A stretch of DNA of 64,000 nucleotides from an uncultured Alistipes sp. Lineage in GTDB: Bacteria; Bacteroidota; Bacteroidia; Bacteroidales; Rikenellaceae. This document shows, piece after piece, positions 20,340-27,866 of the stretch. How positions within the stretch are numbered: position 1 is the stretch's first letter; each line of letters opens with the position of its first letter. The translations under genes and the position numbers were made by a program. The notes below the pieces were generated by a model that worked only from the letters and a program-made list of their open reading frames with translations, was not told where the DNA came from and searched no databases. The stretch is from positions 13,344 through 77,343 of the forward strand of contig CALUII010000001.1 in the NCBI GenBank assembly GCA_944320665.1. The letters run 5' to 3'.

Positions 20340-21320
20340 TCAGGCTTTGTGGGCGTACACGATGAGCGACTCGTCGAGGACGTCGCAGCCGGCCATGAAG
20401 ACGGCACGCTGACGGTTCTCCATCACGTCGGGGTTGTACCACATGCGGACCTCGTTGCCGGGGAAGTCGGCCGTGTTGACGGCGAGGACGAGATTCCGGC
20501 GGTCGGTGAGGATGGCGAACGACTTGTCGAGCGTCGTACTCTGCGCGAGGTAGGAGCCCAGACGCACGTCGACGATCGGGATGCCGTGATAGGCCAGTTC
20601 GCGGCGGCCGTGCACGGAGTCGATGTAGGCGGATTCGGTTCCGCGGCTGTCGAGGTACTTCTCGTAGAGGTAGTAGAGATCCGAAGTGACGAAGAAGGCG
20701 AGTTGCCCCTCGGCGCGCAGATCCTGGAGTTTGGCGCTTGCATTCTCCCAGAGGTTTTCGAAGATGGCGAGGGCCCCTTCGGGCTGGGCAATGGCCTCGG
20801 CGTCGTAGGTGTGCGAGTAGATGGTTTCGGTCGATGCGAAGGACTTGATCGTCTTGAGGAAGCCGTCAAAGGTGTTGTACCCCGACTCGGCCGTGGTGTC
20901 ACCCATCCACATGGTGGCCCGGATGCTCTCGGCGATCGATCGTTTGAAGAGGGTGGTTTCGGCCTGCTCGACCTCGGTTCCGGAGAGGTCGTCCATGTTG
21001 ACGTCGGCGCGCGCGGTGATCAGTTCGAAGACCAGCGAGAAGTAATCGGCGGCGGAGAATCCGAGTTCGGCCTTCACGCGGCTGAGTTGGATGGTCTTCT
21101 GGTACTTCGTGGCCCCCTCGCCACCGGACCATCCGGCCTCGGTATACTTCTGCAGGACGTTGGGGTTTGCCTCCCAGAGCTGGATGGTCGTGGGCACGGG
21201 CATGTTGTAGAGGATTCGGATGCCGAGCTCCTCGGCCGACTGGCCGGTCAGCATCGGGCGGAAAAAGATGGTTTCGAGCTCCTGACCGGTGTAGGTCTTT
21301 GCACTTTCGAGATAACTCAT
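20340..21320 (-). CDS. putative major capsid protein (HK97-like fold)
   Basis: 326 aa after the prohead protease; WMGDT....YNTFDGFLK, LAYHGIPIV, ILTDRRNLVLAV; strongly biased codons and A-rich leader suggesting high expression. Confidence 0.75.
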   Translation of the reverse strand: MSYLESAKTYTGQELETIFFRPMLTGQSAEELGIRILYNMPVPTTIQLWEANPNVLQKYTEAGWSGGEGATKYQKTIQLSRVKAELGFSAADYFSLVFELITARADVNMDDLSGTEVEQAETTLFKRSIAESIRATMWMGDTTAESGYNTFDGFLKTIKSFASTETIYSHTYDAEAIAQPEGALAIFENLWENASAKLQDLRAEGQLAFFVTSDLYYLYEKYLDSRGTESAYIDSVHGRRELAYHGIPIVDVRLGSYLAQSTTLDKSFAILTDRRNLVLAVNTADFPGNEVRMWYNPDVMENRQRAVFMAGCDVLDESLIVYAHKA

Positions 21321-21434
21321 GGTTTTGGTCTTGTTTTTTTAAGGTTTTATGGATACTGGGGTTCTATTGCCGCTCCGACGGGGCGCCGCCGCGGAGCCTG
21401 GTGGACAAGAGGGGGGGGGTACGTGTGCGGACAG

Positions 21435-22409
21435 CTATCCCTTGGCGAATCGGCGTGCATCCTCGGCATAGGCCTGCTCGTTCGGACGGCGCACCACTTC
21501 ACGCACGGCGGGATCCTCGCGCGGCAGGGTCGATGTGGGGGTTACGGTCTGCTGTCCCTGCTTGAGCGCGACGATCGACCGCGCGACACGGAAGAGGGGG
21601 TCGTCCACCGTATGGAGGATGTTCCGGTCCTCGACCGGATCGGGAGCCGCAGCCCGACTACGCGCACTTCGGTTTCTGGCGCGCCAGCGGCCGAAGAGCC
21701 CCCGTCCCGATCTTTTCCGCTCCGACGCGTGGGCGGCGGCCTCCGCCTCGGCTTCGGCCTCCGCCGGGGTCTGCTCCAGGTCGGTTTCCCGGGTTGTTTT
21801 TCGGTTCTCGGGCTCCGGAGCCGCGTCACCGATCAGTCGGTCGACCAGCCCGGCGTCGATCGCCTCCTGAGGCGAGAGCCAACGCCCGCAGCCGTTGTTC
21901 TGGGCCATCAGCGCGGCCATCTCCTCGACGCTCCGGCCGGCCCGTTCGGCATAGAGGGCCGCGAGACGGCGGTCGGTCTGATGCAGCAGGTCGAGATGGG
22001 CCTCGATCTCGTCGGCATTACCCTCGGTGGCGCAGATGGCGTTGTGGATCAGATAAAGCGCATGGGGCGACATCTCGCGGCAGCCGGCCGATGCGGCCTG
22101 GGCGATGATCGTGGCAGCCGAAGCGGTGTAGCCGTAGCATCGGGTGATGATCTGCGGAGCGTCGAGCGCCCGGAGCGCATCATAGATAAGCAGCGCGTCG
22201 TTCACGTCACCGCCCGTCGATCGGATGTTGACGACCACCTGCCGTGCGTCGATGGCTCCGATGCGGCGCACGGCCTCACAGAAAGCCTCGTAGGTTGCGA
22301 CCCGCTGTGCCGGGTCGTCGAACTGCCACTCCTCGGGCACGCCGATCGTCCCTTCGATGTCGATCGTACAACCCTCGGCGCAATTTCGGATTCGGATGTT
22401 GTTTTTCAT
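21435..22409 (-). CDS. ClpP-like prohead maturation protease with C-terminal scaffold-like extension
   Basis: IDIEGTIG, NIRSTGGDV, ASAATII (catalytic Ser), LIHNA (His), WLSPQEAIDAGLVD; ATG at 22409. Confidence 0.88.
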   Translation of the reverse strand: MKNNIRIRNCAEGCTIDIEGTIGVPEEWQFDDPAQRVATYEAFCEAVRRIGAIDARQVVVNIRSTGGDVNDALLIYDALRALDAPQIITRCYGYTASAATIIAQAASAGCREMSPHALYLIHNAICATEGNADEIEAHLDLLHQTDRRLAALYAERAGRSVEEMAALMAQNNGCGRWLSPQEAIDAGLVDRLIGDAAPEPENRKTTRETDLEQTPAEAEAEAEAAAHASERKRSGRGLFGRWRARNRSARSRAAAPDPVEDRNILHTVDDPLFRVARSIVALKQGQQTVTPTSTLPREDPAVREVVRRPNEQAYAEDARRFAKG

Positions 22410-22418
22410 GATCTTCGA

Positions 22419-22436
22419 TGTGTGTGTGTGTGTGTG
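22419..22436. repeat. (TG)9 dinucleotide tract in the protease leader
   Basis: TGTGTGTGTGTGTGTGTG about 10 nt upstream of the ATG at 22409. Confidence 0.85.
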
Positions 22437-22504
22437 AAGAGAGTGTGTGTATGTCTTTGTCGTATTGTTGTGTGCCGTTGCACCTGCGTGTGCGACGCTT
22501 TTCA

Positions 22505-22771
22505 TCAGCATTTGGCCCTGTAGTATACGGCCCCCTTGACCTTTGCATAGGAGCATCCGCACTGCATGGCCACGGCCTCCATGGCCTCACACCGGGGCAC
22601 GCCCCGGGCCACGAGTCGTTCGACGTCACACCTCAAGGCGGCCTGTTCGCAGCGAGCCGGGGCCACCACCCCGAGCTGCAAGAGGCGCTCGATGGTTTCG
22701 AGCCTTCCGAGTCCCACGGTCTGCTCGTCGAGGAAACGTTTCAGCTCCTCGCGTCCTGCGCCGCACCTCAT
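22505..22771 (-). CDS. small helix-turn-helix-like protein (88 aa)
   Basis: ATG overlaps the upstream stop (ATGA 22768-22771); C-terminal EAMEAVAMQCGCSYAKVKGAVY resembles an HTH. Confidence 0.6.
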   Translation of the reverse strand: MRCGAGREELKRFLDEQTVGLGRLETIERLLQLGVVAPARCEQAALRCDVERLVARGVPRCEAMEAVAMQCGCSYAKVKGAVYYRAKC

Positions 22772-25149
22772 GAACGGTCGTCGGGCAAGAGGGTGAAACG
22801 GCATCGGGCCGAGGCCGCGACGGGATCGTAAGCCTCGATCCTGCGCAGCGTGGCGCACACCTCGCCCTGGTCGGTCGCGATGCGGAAGAGGCTGCGCAGA
22901 TCCGGCACGGCACACCCCGGATTGAAGAGCGCCTCGAACTCGTGGGGTTCCATGCGCAGCGTGAGGGTGACGGCCCGGCGACGGTTTCGTATCGCCTCGT
23001 CGCGGTCGTAGTATCGGTGCAGGCCCTCGAGTCCGTCCCGGTCCTCGAAGCAGAGCGTGGACTGCTCGCCTTCGGCAGCGAGGTGGAACGCCGCGAGGGG
23101 ATAGACGTTTCCGGCCCCGGCCGGATTGGGCCACTGCTCGCCGGCGGGCAGGGTGCGCATGCCGAACCATCGCAGGATGCGTGGCGTGAAGTTCACGCCG
23201 TTCTGCTCCATGTCGTCGCGGTCTCCGACCACGGGCAGCAGAGCCGACGGAGCGTCAGCATACCCCCCGGCGGCACTGACCGTCGGTGCAAAGAGGGGGT
23301 TGGTCCGCCGCTCCAGCCCGGGGATACAAGCCTGCGACTGAGTGGCGGTGTGCCACGATCCGAAGGGATAGACGGGCTCCTCCTCTGCGTCGTCGTCCGC
23401 GACCAACCGGGCCGAGGCTCCGTCTCCGCTGCGGTATCCGTAGATTCGTTCGGCCTTGAGTCCGCAGGCCTCGTCCTCCCAGACAATGGGCTGCGTCCAG
23501 TCGGTTCGGTCCTCCCAGTCGGCCACGCGGCTCTCGTCCCAGAACTCGGCATCGGGTTCGATGAGCACGCATTTGCGGCGTTCGTCAGTGAAGAATCGGA
23601 GTCGGAACATCTGGGCAATGGCCTCGATCCACTCGATCTGCGCGACGTCGTGGCGACAGATCGCCTCGGTATTGAGGCGTTCGCCATAGGCGGGAGCAGG
23701 CGAGAAGAGCGGGCGTACCGAACATTCGCGATGGAGCAGGAAGCGCATCCCCTCGTCGGCCCCGTAGAAGAAGATCGTATTGAAATACTTGGGCGACGCA
23801 GGTCCGACCGTCTCGGCGGGCGTACGGATCGTGCATTCGACGGTTGTTTCGCCACGCTCCTCGATGTGGCCGTCGTAGAGGGCCCAGTCGCCGGTCCATC
23901 GGTTCCACGTACCGCTGCTCATACGATAGTACAGTACCGGATCGGAACAGGATCCCGAGACGGGGGTAGTCAAGCGGGCCGACCGCCCCGTGAAGTCGGT
24001 CCAGAGGCTCGAAGCCACGCCGTTGAGCGTGTAGAGGATCCGGAATTCGACCGTTTCGCCGGCGCCGAAGACCACCACGCGATAGGCCGTATTTTCGGAG
24101 AGTTCGCCGCGACGGTCGACATAGCGGTTCGGGAGGCGGAAGGTGAGGTTTCCGCCCGTTCCGAGGTTGAAGGAGTCGAAACCGGCGAGCCGGTTTCGGT
24201 CGACGATTCGGTGTTCGGTCGTGTAGCGGATGTGGTATTCGAAGGCGACGCTCACGGTCGACAGGGGTCTGTAGACGATCTTCTGGTCTTCGAGTCCGAA
24301 GCAGTTTCCGTTGTTGTAGGCCTCGGTATGGACGATCCCGGCGTTGTCCACGGCGAGGGGCGTGGCCGTCTGCACGATGTTTCCGATGATGTTTCCGGCG
24401 CCATAGGGCGTTGCATAGACTCGTCCCACGGCATCGGCCGTTGCCGATGCCTCGCTCAGCCGCACGGCACGAAATCCCATCCGCGCTTCGGCGGCCGTGG
24501 TGTCATGCTGGGCATAGGCACCGCTAAAGAAGAGCGAACGGAAGAGGTCGCTCTCGAGGAACCGGCTCTCGAGGCTGTACCCGGCCTCTTCGAAGATGGC
24601 CTTCCAGGCGGCCGCGACCGAGATGAACGGGTGGTAATCATCGGGCGTGAGGAGCCTCAGTACGGGTTGCAGATCGGCAGCGTCGTTCTGCTGATCGTAG
24701 CTGTCGCGCCAGACAGGGAGGAACTTCACGAGGTTGTTTATGCTCCACCCCATGGAGATCTCCGTCGGCGTGAGGTATCCGTTATATTGCAGCGGCAGCT
24801 GCTTCATTCTCCGGTCGGCGGCCCGGCGGGCCCAGGCGGCGCCACCCCATCGGAGTTCGACCAGGAAACCCGAGTCGGAGCACTGCACGAGGACGCAACG
24901 CCCGACGACCAACACGGCGCCGTCGCAACCGAGTTGTGCGGGGTGTTCGGCGGTGTTGAAGAGGGGCACTTCGCGCCCGAACCGCTCGTCGTTCGTGGCG
25001 GAGTGCGGCAGTTCGATGCGCAGGGTGTGGTCGTCGGCCTCGGCCGCGGGGTCGAGCAATCGGTCGGCGTCGTAGGTCAGCGCGACGGAGGTCTCCTCGG
25101 CCAGATCGAGGGCGACCTCGTCAACAATCAGTTCGAGTTGGCGTTTCAT
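22768..25149 (-). CDS. large phage tail tip/hub-like structural protein (793 aa)
   Basis: N-terminus LELIVDEVALDL.EETSVALTY...L.DP......IELP....ND..F; FTPRIL; C-terminal IEAYDP.......RFTL, typical of Bacteroidota phage tail proteins. Confidence 0.65.
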   Translation of the reverse strand: MKRQLELIVDEVALDLAEETSVALTYDADRLLDPAAEADDHTLRIELPHSATNDERFGREVPLFNTAEHPAQLGCDGAVLVVGRCVLVQCSDSGFLVELRWGGAAWARRAADRRMKQLPLQYNGYLTPTEISMGWSINNLVKFLPVWRDSYDQQNDAADLQPVLRLLTPDDYHPFISVAAAWKAIFEEAGYSLESRFLESDLFRSLFFSGAYAQHDTTAAEARMGFRAVRLSEASATADAVGRVYATPYGAGNIIGNIVQTATPLAVDNAGIVHTEAYNNGNCFGLEDQKIVYRPLSTVSVAFEYHIRYTTEHRIVDRNRLAGFDSFNLGTGGNLTFRLPNRYVDRRGELSENTAYRVVVFGAGETVEFRILYTLNGVASSLWTDFTGRSARLTTPVSGSCSDPVLYYRMSSGTWNRWTGDWALYDGHIEERGETTVECTIRTPAETVGPASPKYFNTIFFYGADEGMRFLLHRECSVRPLFSPAPAYGERLNTEAICRHDVAQIEWIEAIAQMFRLRFFTDERRKCVLIEPDAEFWDESRVADWEDRTDWTQPIVWEDEACGLKAERIYGYRSGDGASARLVADDDAEEEPVYPFGSWHTATQSQACIPGLERRTNPLFAPTVSAAGGYADAPSALLPVVGDRDDMEQNGVNFTPRILRWFGMRTLPAGEQWPNPAGAGNVYPLAAFHLAAEGEQSTLCFEDRDGLEGLHRYYDRDEAIRNRRRAVTLTLRMEPHEFEALFNPGCAVPDLRSLFRIATDQGEVCATLRRIEAYDPVAASARCRFTLLPDDRS

Positions 25150-25151
25150 GT

Positions 25152-26090
25152 TCAGGCGACGGGACAATGCAGTTCGACTTCGAGATTGCAGAGCGAGCCG
25201 TGTCGTCGGATTCCGGCCGAGTTCGAAGCGACGACGACGGGCTGATAGCCGTTTTCGGGATCGACGATCCAGACCTGCGGAGCGTGGAGCATGCCGGCCA
25301 GAGCGCGCAGCGTGTCGACGGTTTCGTATGCCGAGAGGAGGTTGAGCACGCGCACGGCTCGGGTTTCGGCGGCAGGCTCCCCCCAGACGTTGCGGATCAT
25401 GCGGTCGACGGTCTCGAGGCGCTCCTCGCGGACCACGGGGAAGTCGTAGTGTTCGACGGCCCCGGCGTCGCTTCGCCAGGCGACGCGGCATCCATCCGGA
25501 CGGGACTCGACCACCTCCCAGGAGACCTGCACAAACCGGTCGAAGAGTACGGAGATCCGTTCGGCGTCAGGGAATTCGTTCATATTGAGGCGGAAGAGGC
25601 GGAGTCCCGAGTCCGTCGACGTGAAGTTTCGGGAGGAGGTCTCCCCGTTGCAGAACCACGAGACGGAGGCGACACAACTCTGCGAGGTCAGGAGGGTCAG
25701 TTCGTCGCACTCGCCGCGGGCGATGAGGCGTTTGACGGGCATCGAGCTGAGGAGCGCCGGGGCCTCGACAGCCTCACGCCTCGGGAGGAGGGTCCTGATT
25801 GGGGATCGCACCCCGTCGGCCACGACATCGACGATCAGCGATCGGTCCGGGGCATCGTAGAAGCCGGTAGGCGCGACGGCGGGCTGGAATCGGAGGCGGT
25901 GGCGGAGGAACGGGGCGATATCGATCTGCCCGCCCTGGGATTCGAACATGCGGCGGGCCCCGATCACGTCGCCGACGCCGTAGTCGTAGACCTGCACGTC
26001 GAACGTGCGGGCCGGCTCCGTATCGGAGAAGGCGTAGCGCAACGGGGCGCCGAACGGAGCATAGTCGGGAGGAGTCTGAGTGAATTGCAT
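25152..26090 (-). CDS. phage distal-tail-like structural protein (312 aa)
   Basis: ATG 26090; CRVAWRSDAGAVEHYDF and LAGMLHAPQVWI resemble the W.N..G..DY..F and L..SP.V motifs of the gene preceding the hub protein in such phages. Confidence 0.55.
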   Translation of the reverse strand: MQFTQTPPDYAPFGAPLRYAFSDTEPARTFDVQVYDYGVGDVIGARRMFESQGGQIDIAPFLRHRLRFQPAVAPTGFYDAPDRSLIVDVVADGVRSPIRTLLPRREAVEAPALLSSMPVKRLIARGECDELTLLTSQSCVASVSWFCNGETSSRNFTSTDSGLRLFRLNMNEFPDAERISVLFDRFVQVSWEVVESRPDGCRVAWRSDAGAVEHYDFPVVREERLETVDRMIRNVWGEPAAETRAVRVLNLLSAYETVDTLRALAGMLHAPQVWIVDPENGYQPVVVASNSAGIRRHGSLCNLEVELHCPVA

Positions 26091-26130
26091 GTGGAAAAGG
26101 ATCAGTGTTTTTTTTGCGAGAAGCGAGGCG

Positions 26131-26272
26131 GCACCCGGATGCCGGGCGCGGATGGGGGGGCATAATCCGGAGTGGGCGAAGGGAATCCCGCCGCAATCCG
26201 AGAGGTGCGGGCCGGGGAGAGATGCGGGCCGCCCCGGCCGAACAGCCGGCGGCGTTGCACCCGGATGCCGGG
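26131..26272. repeat. 16-bp direct repeat GCACCCGGATGCCGGG (2 copies)
   Basis: Copies at 26131-26146 and 26257-26272, each containing CCCGG-ATG-CCGGG. Confidence 0.8.
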
Positions 26273-26343
26273 GGAGGGAGTGATGCCCGAGGGGTGCAGA
26301 GGAGCGAGGGAAGGAGAGAGGTGGTGGGGTCGAATGCGCTGGA

Positions 26344-26748
26344 TCAGAACCAGGTGACGATGCGGGCACGAGCCGTCTGAGCAATCTCACCGTGTGGGGT
26401 GAGCGTGGCGGCCGAGGGTTCGATCTGCAGCTCCTCGATGGCCAGGACGCACTCCTCTTCGGAGAGGTCGGAGAGAATTTCGAGGAGCTCCTCTTCGAGT
26501 TGGTCGGCGATCTGCGCCTGTTCCGACGGAGCGGCTCTGGCGGCGGTACGCATGAGGACGAGCGAGAGGTCGTATACGGCCCGGCCGTTGTTCCGGCCCT
26601 CGATCGAACGGAGCGACAGGGGATGCAACAGGGCGGCGGGATAGGCCCTTACGAGCGTGGGGGCGGCCTGCTGACGGAGCGCCAGGAAGTGCCAACCGCG
26701 TTCGACGGCCAACCGTTCGACCGCCTGTTCGAGACGGATGCGGTTCAT
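26344..26748 (-). CDS. putative tail completion/terminator-like protein (134 aa), first gene of the operon
   Basis: ATG 26748; YPAALL.P, YDLSLVLM, helix, then beta strands; size and pattern fit tail terminator folds. Confidence 0.45.
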   Translation of the reverse strand: MNRIRLEQAVERLAVERGWHFLALRQQAAPTLVRAYPAALLHPLSLRSIEGRNNGRAVYDLSLVLMRTAARAAPSEQAQIADQLEEELLEILSDLSEEECVLAIEELQIEPSAATLTPHGEIAQTARARIVTWF

Positions 26749-26874
26749 TGTCGAAAAGATGGATGAAAAAATGTTGAAAACGGTTAACAACTCTCCCCAA
26801 ATTGTTACAGGAGAGTCAGTTGGTCGTGTTGAAAAACTCCGGATCCGGTCCCGGCCAACTGTCGAATGACAGCG

Positions 26875-26907
26875 CAAATATAGCACCCGGCCACCCCCCT
26901 TGTCAAG
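26875..26907 (-). promoter_or_regulatory. Bacteroidota sigma-A promoter driving the phage-like operon
   Basis: Minus strand CTTG-N21-TATATTTG, matching TTTG-N19-21-TAnnTTTG. Confidence 0.65.
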
Positions 26908-26969
26908 AGGTCGGTGCATTTTTTCCGAAAAAAATAGAAGAAAGCCGACCACCGCACCGCGAAAATGAT

Positions 26970-26977
26970 TACTTTTG
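26970..26977 (+). promoter_or_regulatory. -7 element (TACTTTTG) of the mqnA-corA promoter
   Basis: TAnnTTTG match about 32 nt upstream of ATG 27010. Confidence 0.6.
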
Positions 26978-27009
26978 CCGGCGAAACCAACGCTTTCACA
27001 CACCGATGG

Positions 27010-27786
27010 ATGATGGTCATAGTCCCGCGCATAGTCGCCGCCGCGTCACTCGACGCGACGCCCTTCATCTATGGAATCCGACACGATGCTGAACTTCGTG
27101 CCGGACTGACCGTCACACCCACCACCTCCGAGGCGCTTCGCCTCTTCCTCGCCCACGAGGCCGACTACGCCCTGCTCCCCTCGTCACACTACCCCGACCT
27201 GACCGACGCCGAGATCGTCACCGAATACTGCATCGGCTCGACCGCACGCACGGGTAGCGCCCTGCTCGTGGGGAACTGCCTGCCGCAGGCCGCCCGGCGC
27301 ATCCTCTACGATCCCGCCTCGCCCACCACGGCCCAGCTGGCCGCCTACCTCTACAAACGCCACTGGCGCACCGCACCGGAGTTCGAGTCGCGCACGACGC
27401 TTCCGAGCCCCGAAGCCCTCGACGCCACGACGCTCTGCCTGCTCAGCGACGAGGAGGCGCTGCTCCACGGCCCGAACTACGCCCATCAGACTGACCTGGG
27501 GGCCGAATGGCGAGCCACGACGCACCAGCCGTTTGCCTACTCACTGTGGATCGGGCACAAGGAGAACGACAAGGAGCGGACCGAACAGCTGCAACAGGCC
27601 CTCACCTACGGGCTGGAACATACCTACGAAGCGCTGCTCGACGGGGGGTTCACGACGCGCGGCTACGATGCCTACGGGCACCTGACGTGCGACATCGACT
27701 ACATCTACGACAATCAGAAGCAACAGGCACTCCGCAAGTTCTGGGACTCGGGGATCAAGATCGCCCCGCGTGTCAATCCCGGCTGA
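27010..27786 (+). CDS. mqnA: MqnA-like chorismate dehydratase (futalosine pathway), divergent
   Basis: PFIYGI, ADYALLP, EYCIG, DLGAEW...T.QPFAYSLW; several family motifs altered. Confidence 0.7.
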   Translation: MMVIVPRIVAAASLDATPFIYGIRHDAELRAGLTVTPTTSEALRLFLAHEADYALLPSSHYPDLTDAEIVTEYCIGSTARTGSALLVGNCLPQAARRILYDPASPTTAQLAAYLYKRHWRTAPEFESRTTLPSPEALDATTLCLLSDEEALLHGPNYAHQTDLGAEWRATTHQPFAYSLWIGHKENDKERTEQLQQALTYGLEHTYEALLDGGFTTRGYDAYGHLTCDIDYIYDNQKQQALRKFWDSGIKIAPRVNPG

Positions 27787-27866
27787 AGGGACTGAGGACC
27801 GGGCCCGGTCCGGTCGTCTCCGGCCTACACGACATGTACCACCCCAAACAACCAAAGGAGCGACTT

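Larger units (their letters stand above)
17504..26748 (-). mobile_element. phage-derived virion gene operon without mobility genes (candidate GTA-like/domesticated prophage)
   Basis: Ten co-oriented intact-looking ORFs including portal, Clp protease, capsid-like, adaptor and holin; no integrase, replication, terminase or att repeats seen. Confidence 0.8.

Noticed and set aside
20340-22409. Encapsulin nanocompartment or housekeeping clpP
   Set aside because: Portal, adaptor, tail-like genes and holin are co-encoded, no cargo enzyme is present, and the protease has a phage-type scaffold extension with no clpX/tig context.
17504-26748. Intact inducible prophage
   Set aside because: No integrase, repressor, replication, terminase, tape-measure or endolysin genes, and no flanking att-like repeats seen.
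17504-26748. Tailocin / contractile injection system
   Set aside because: No sheath or baseplate wedge-like genes recognised, and the head genes (capsid, portal, protease) are retained.
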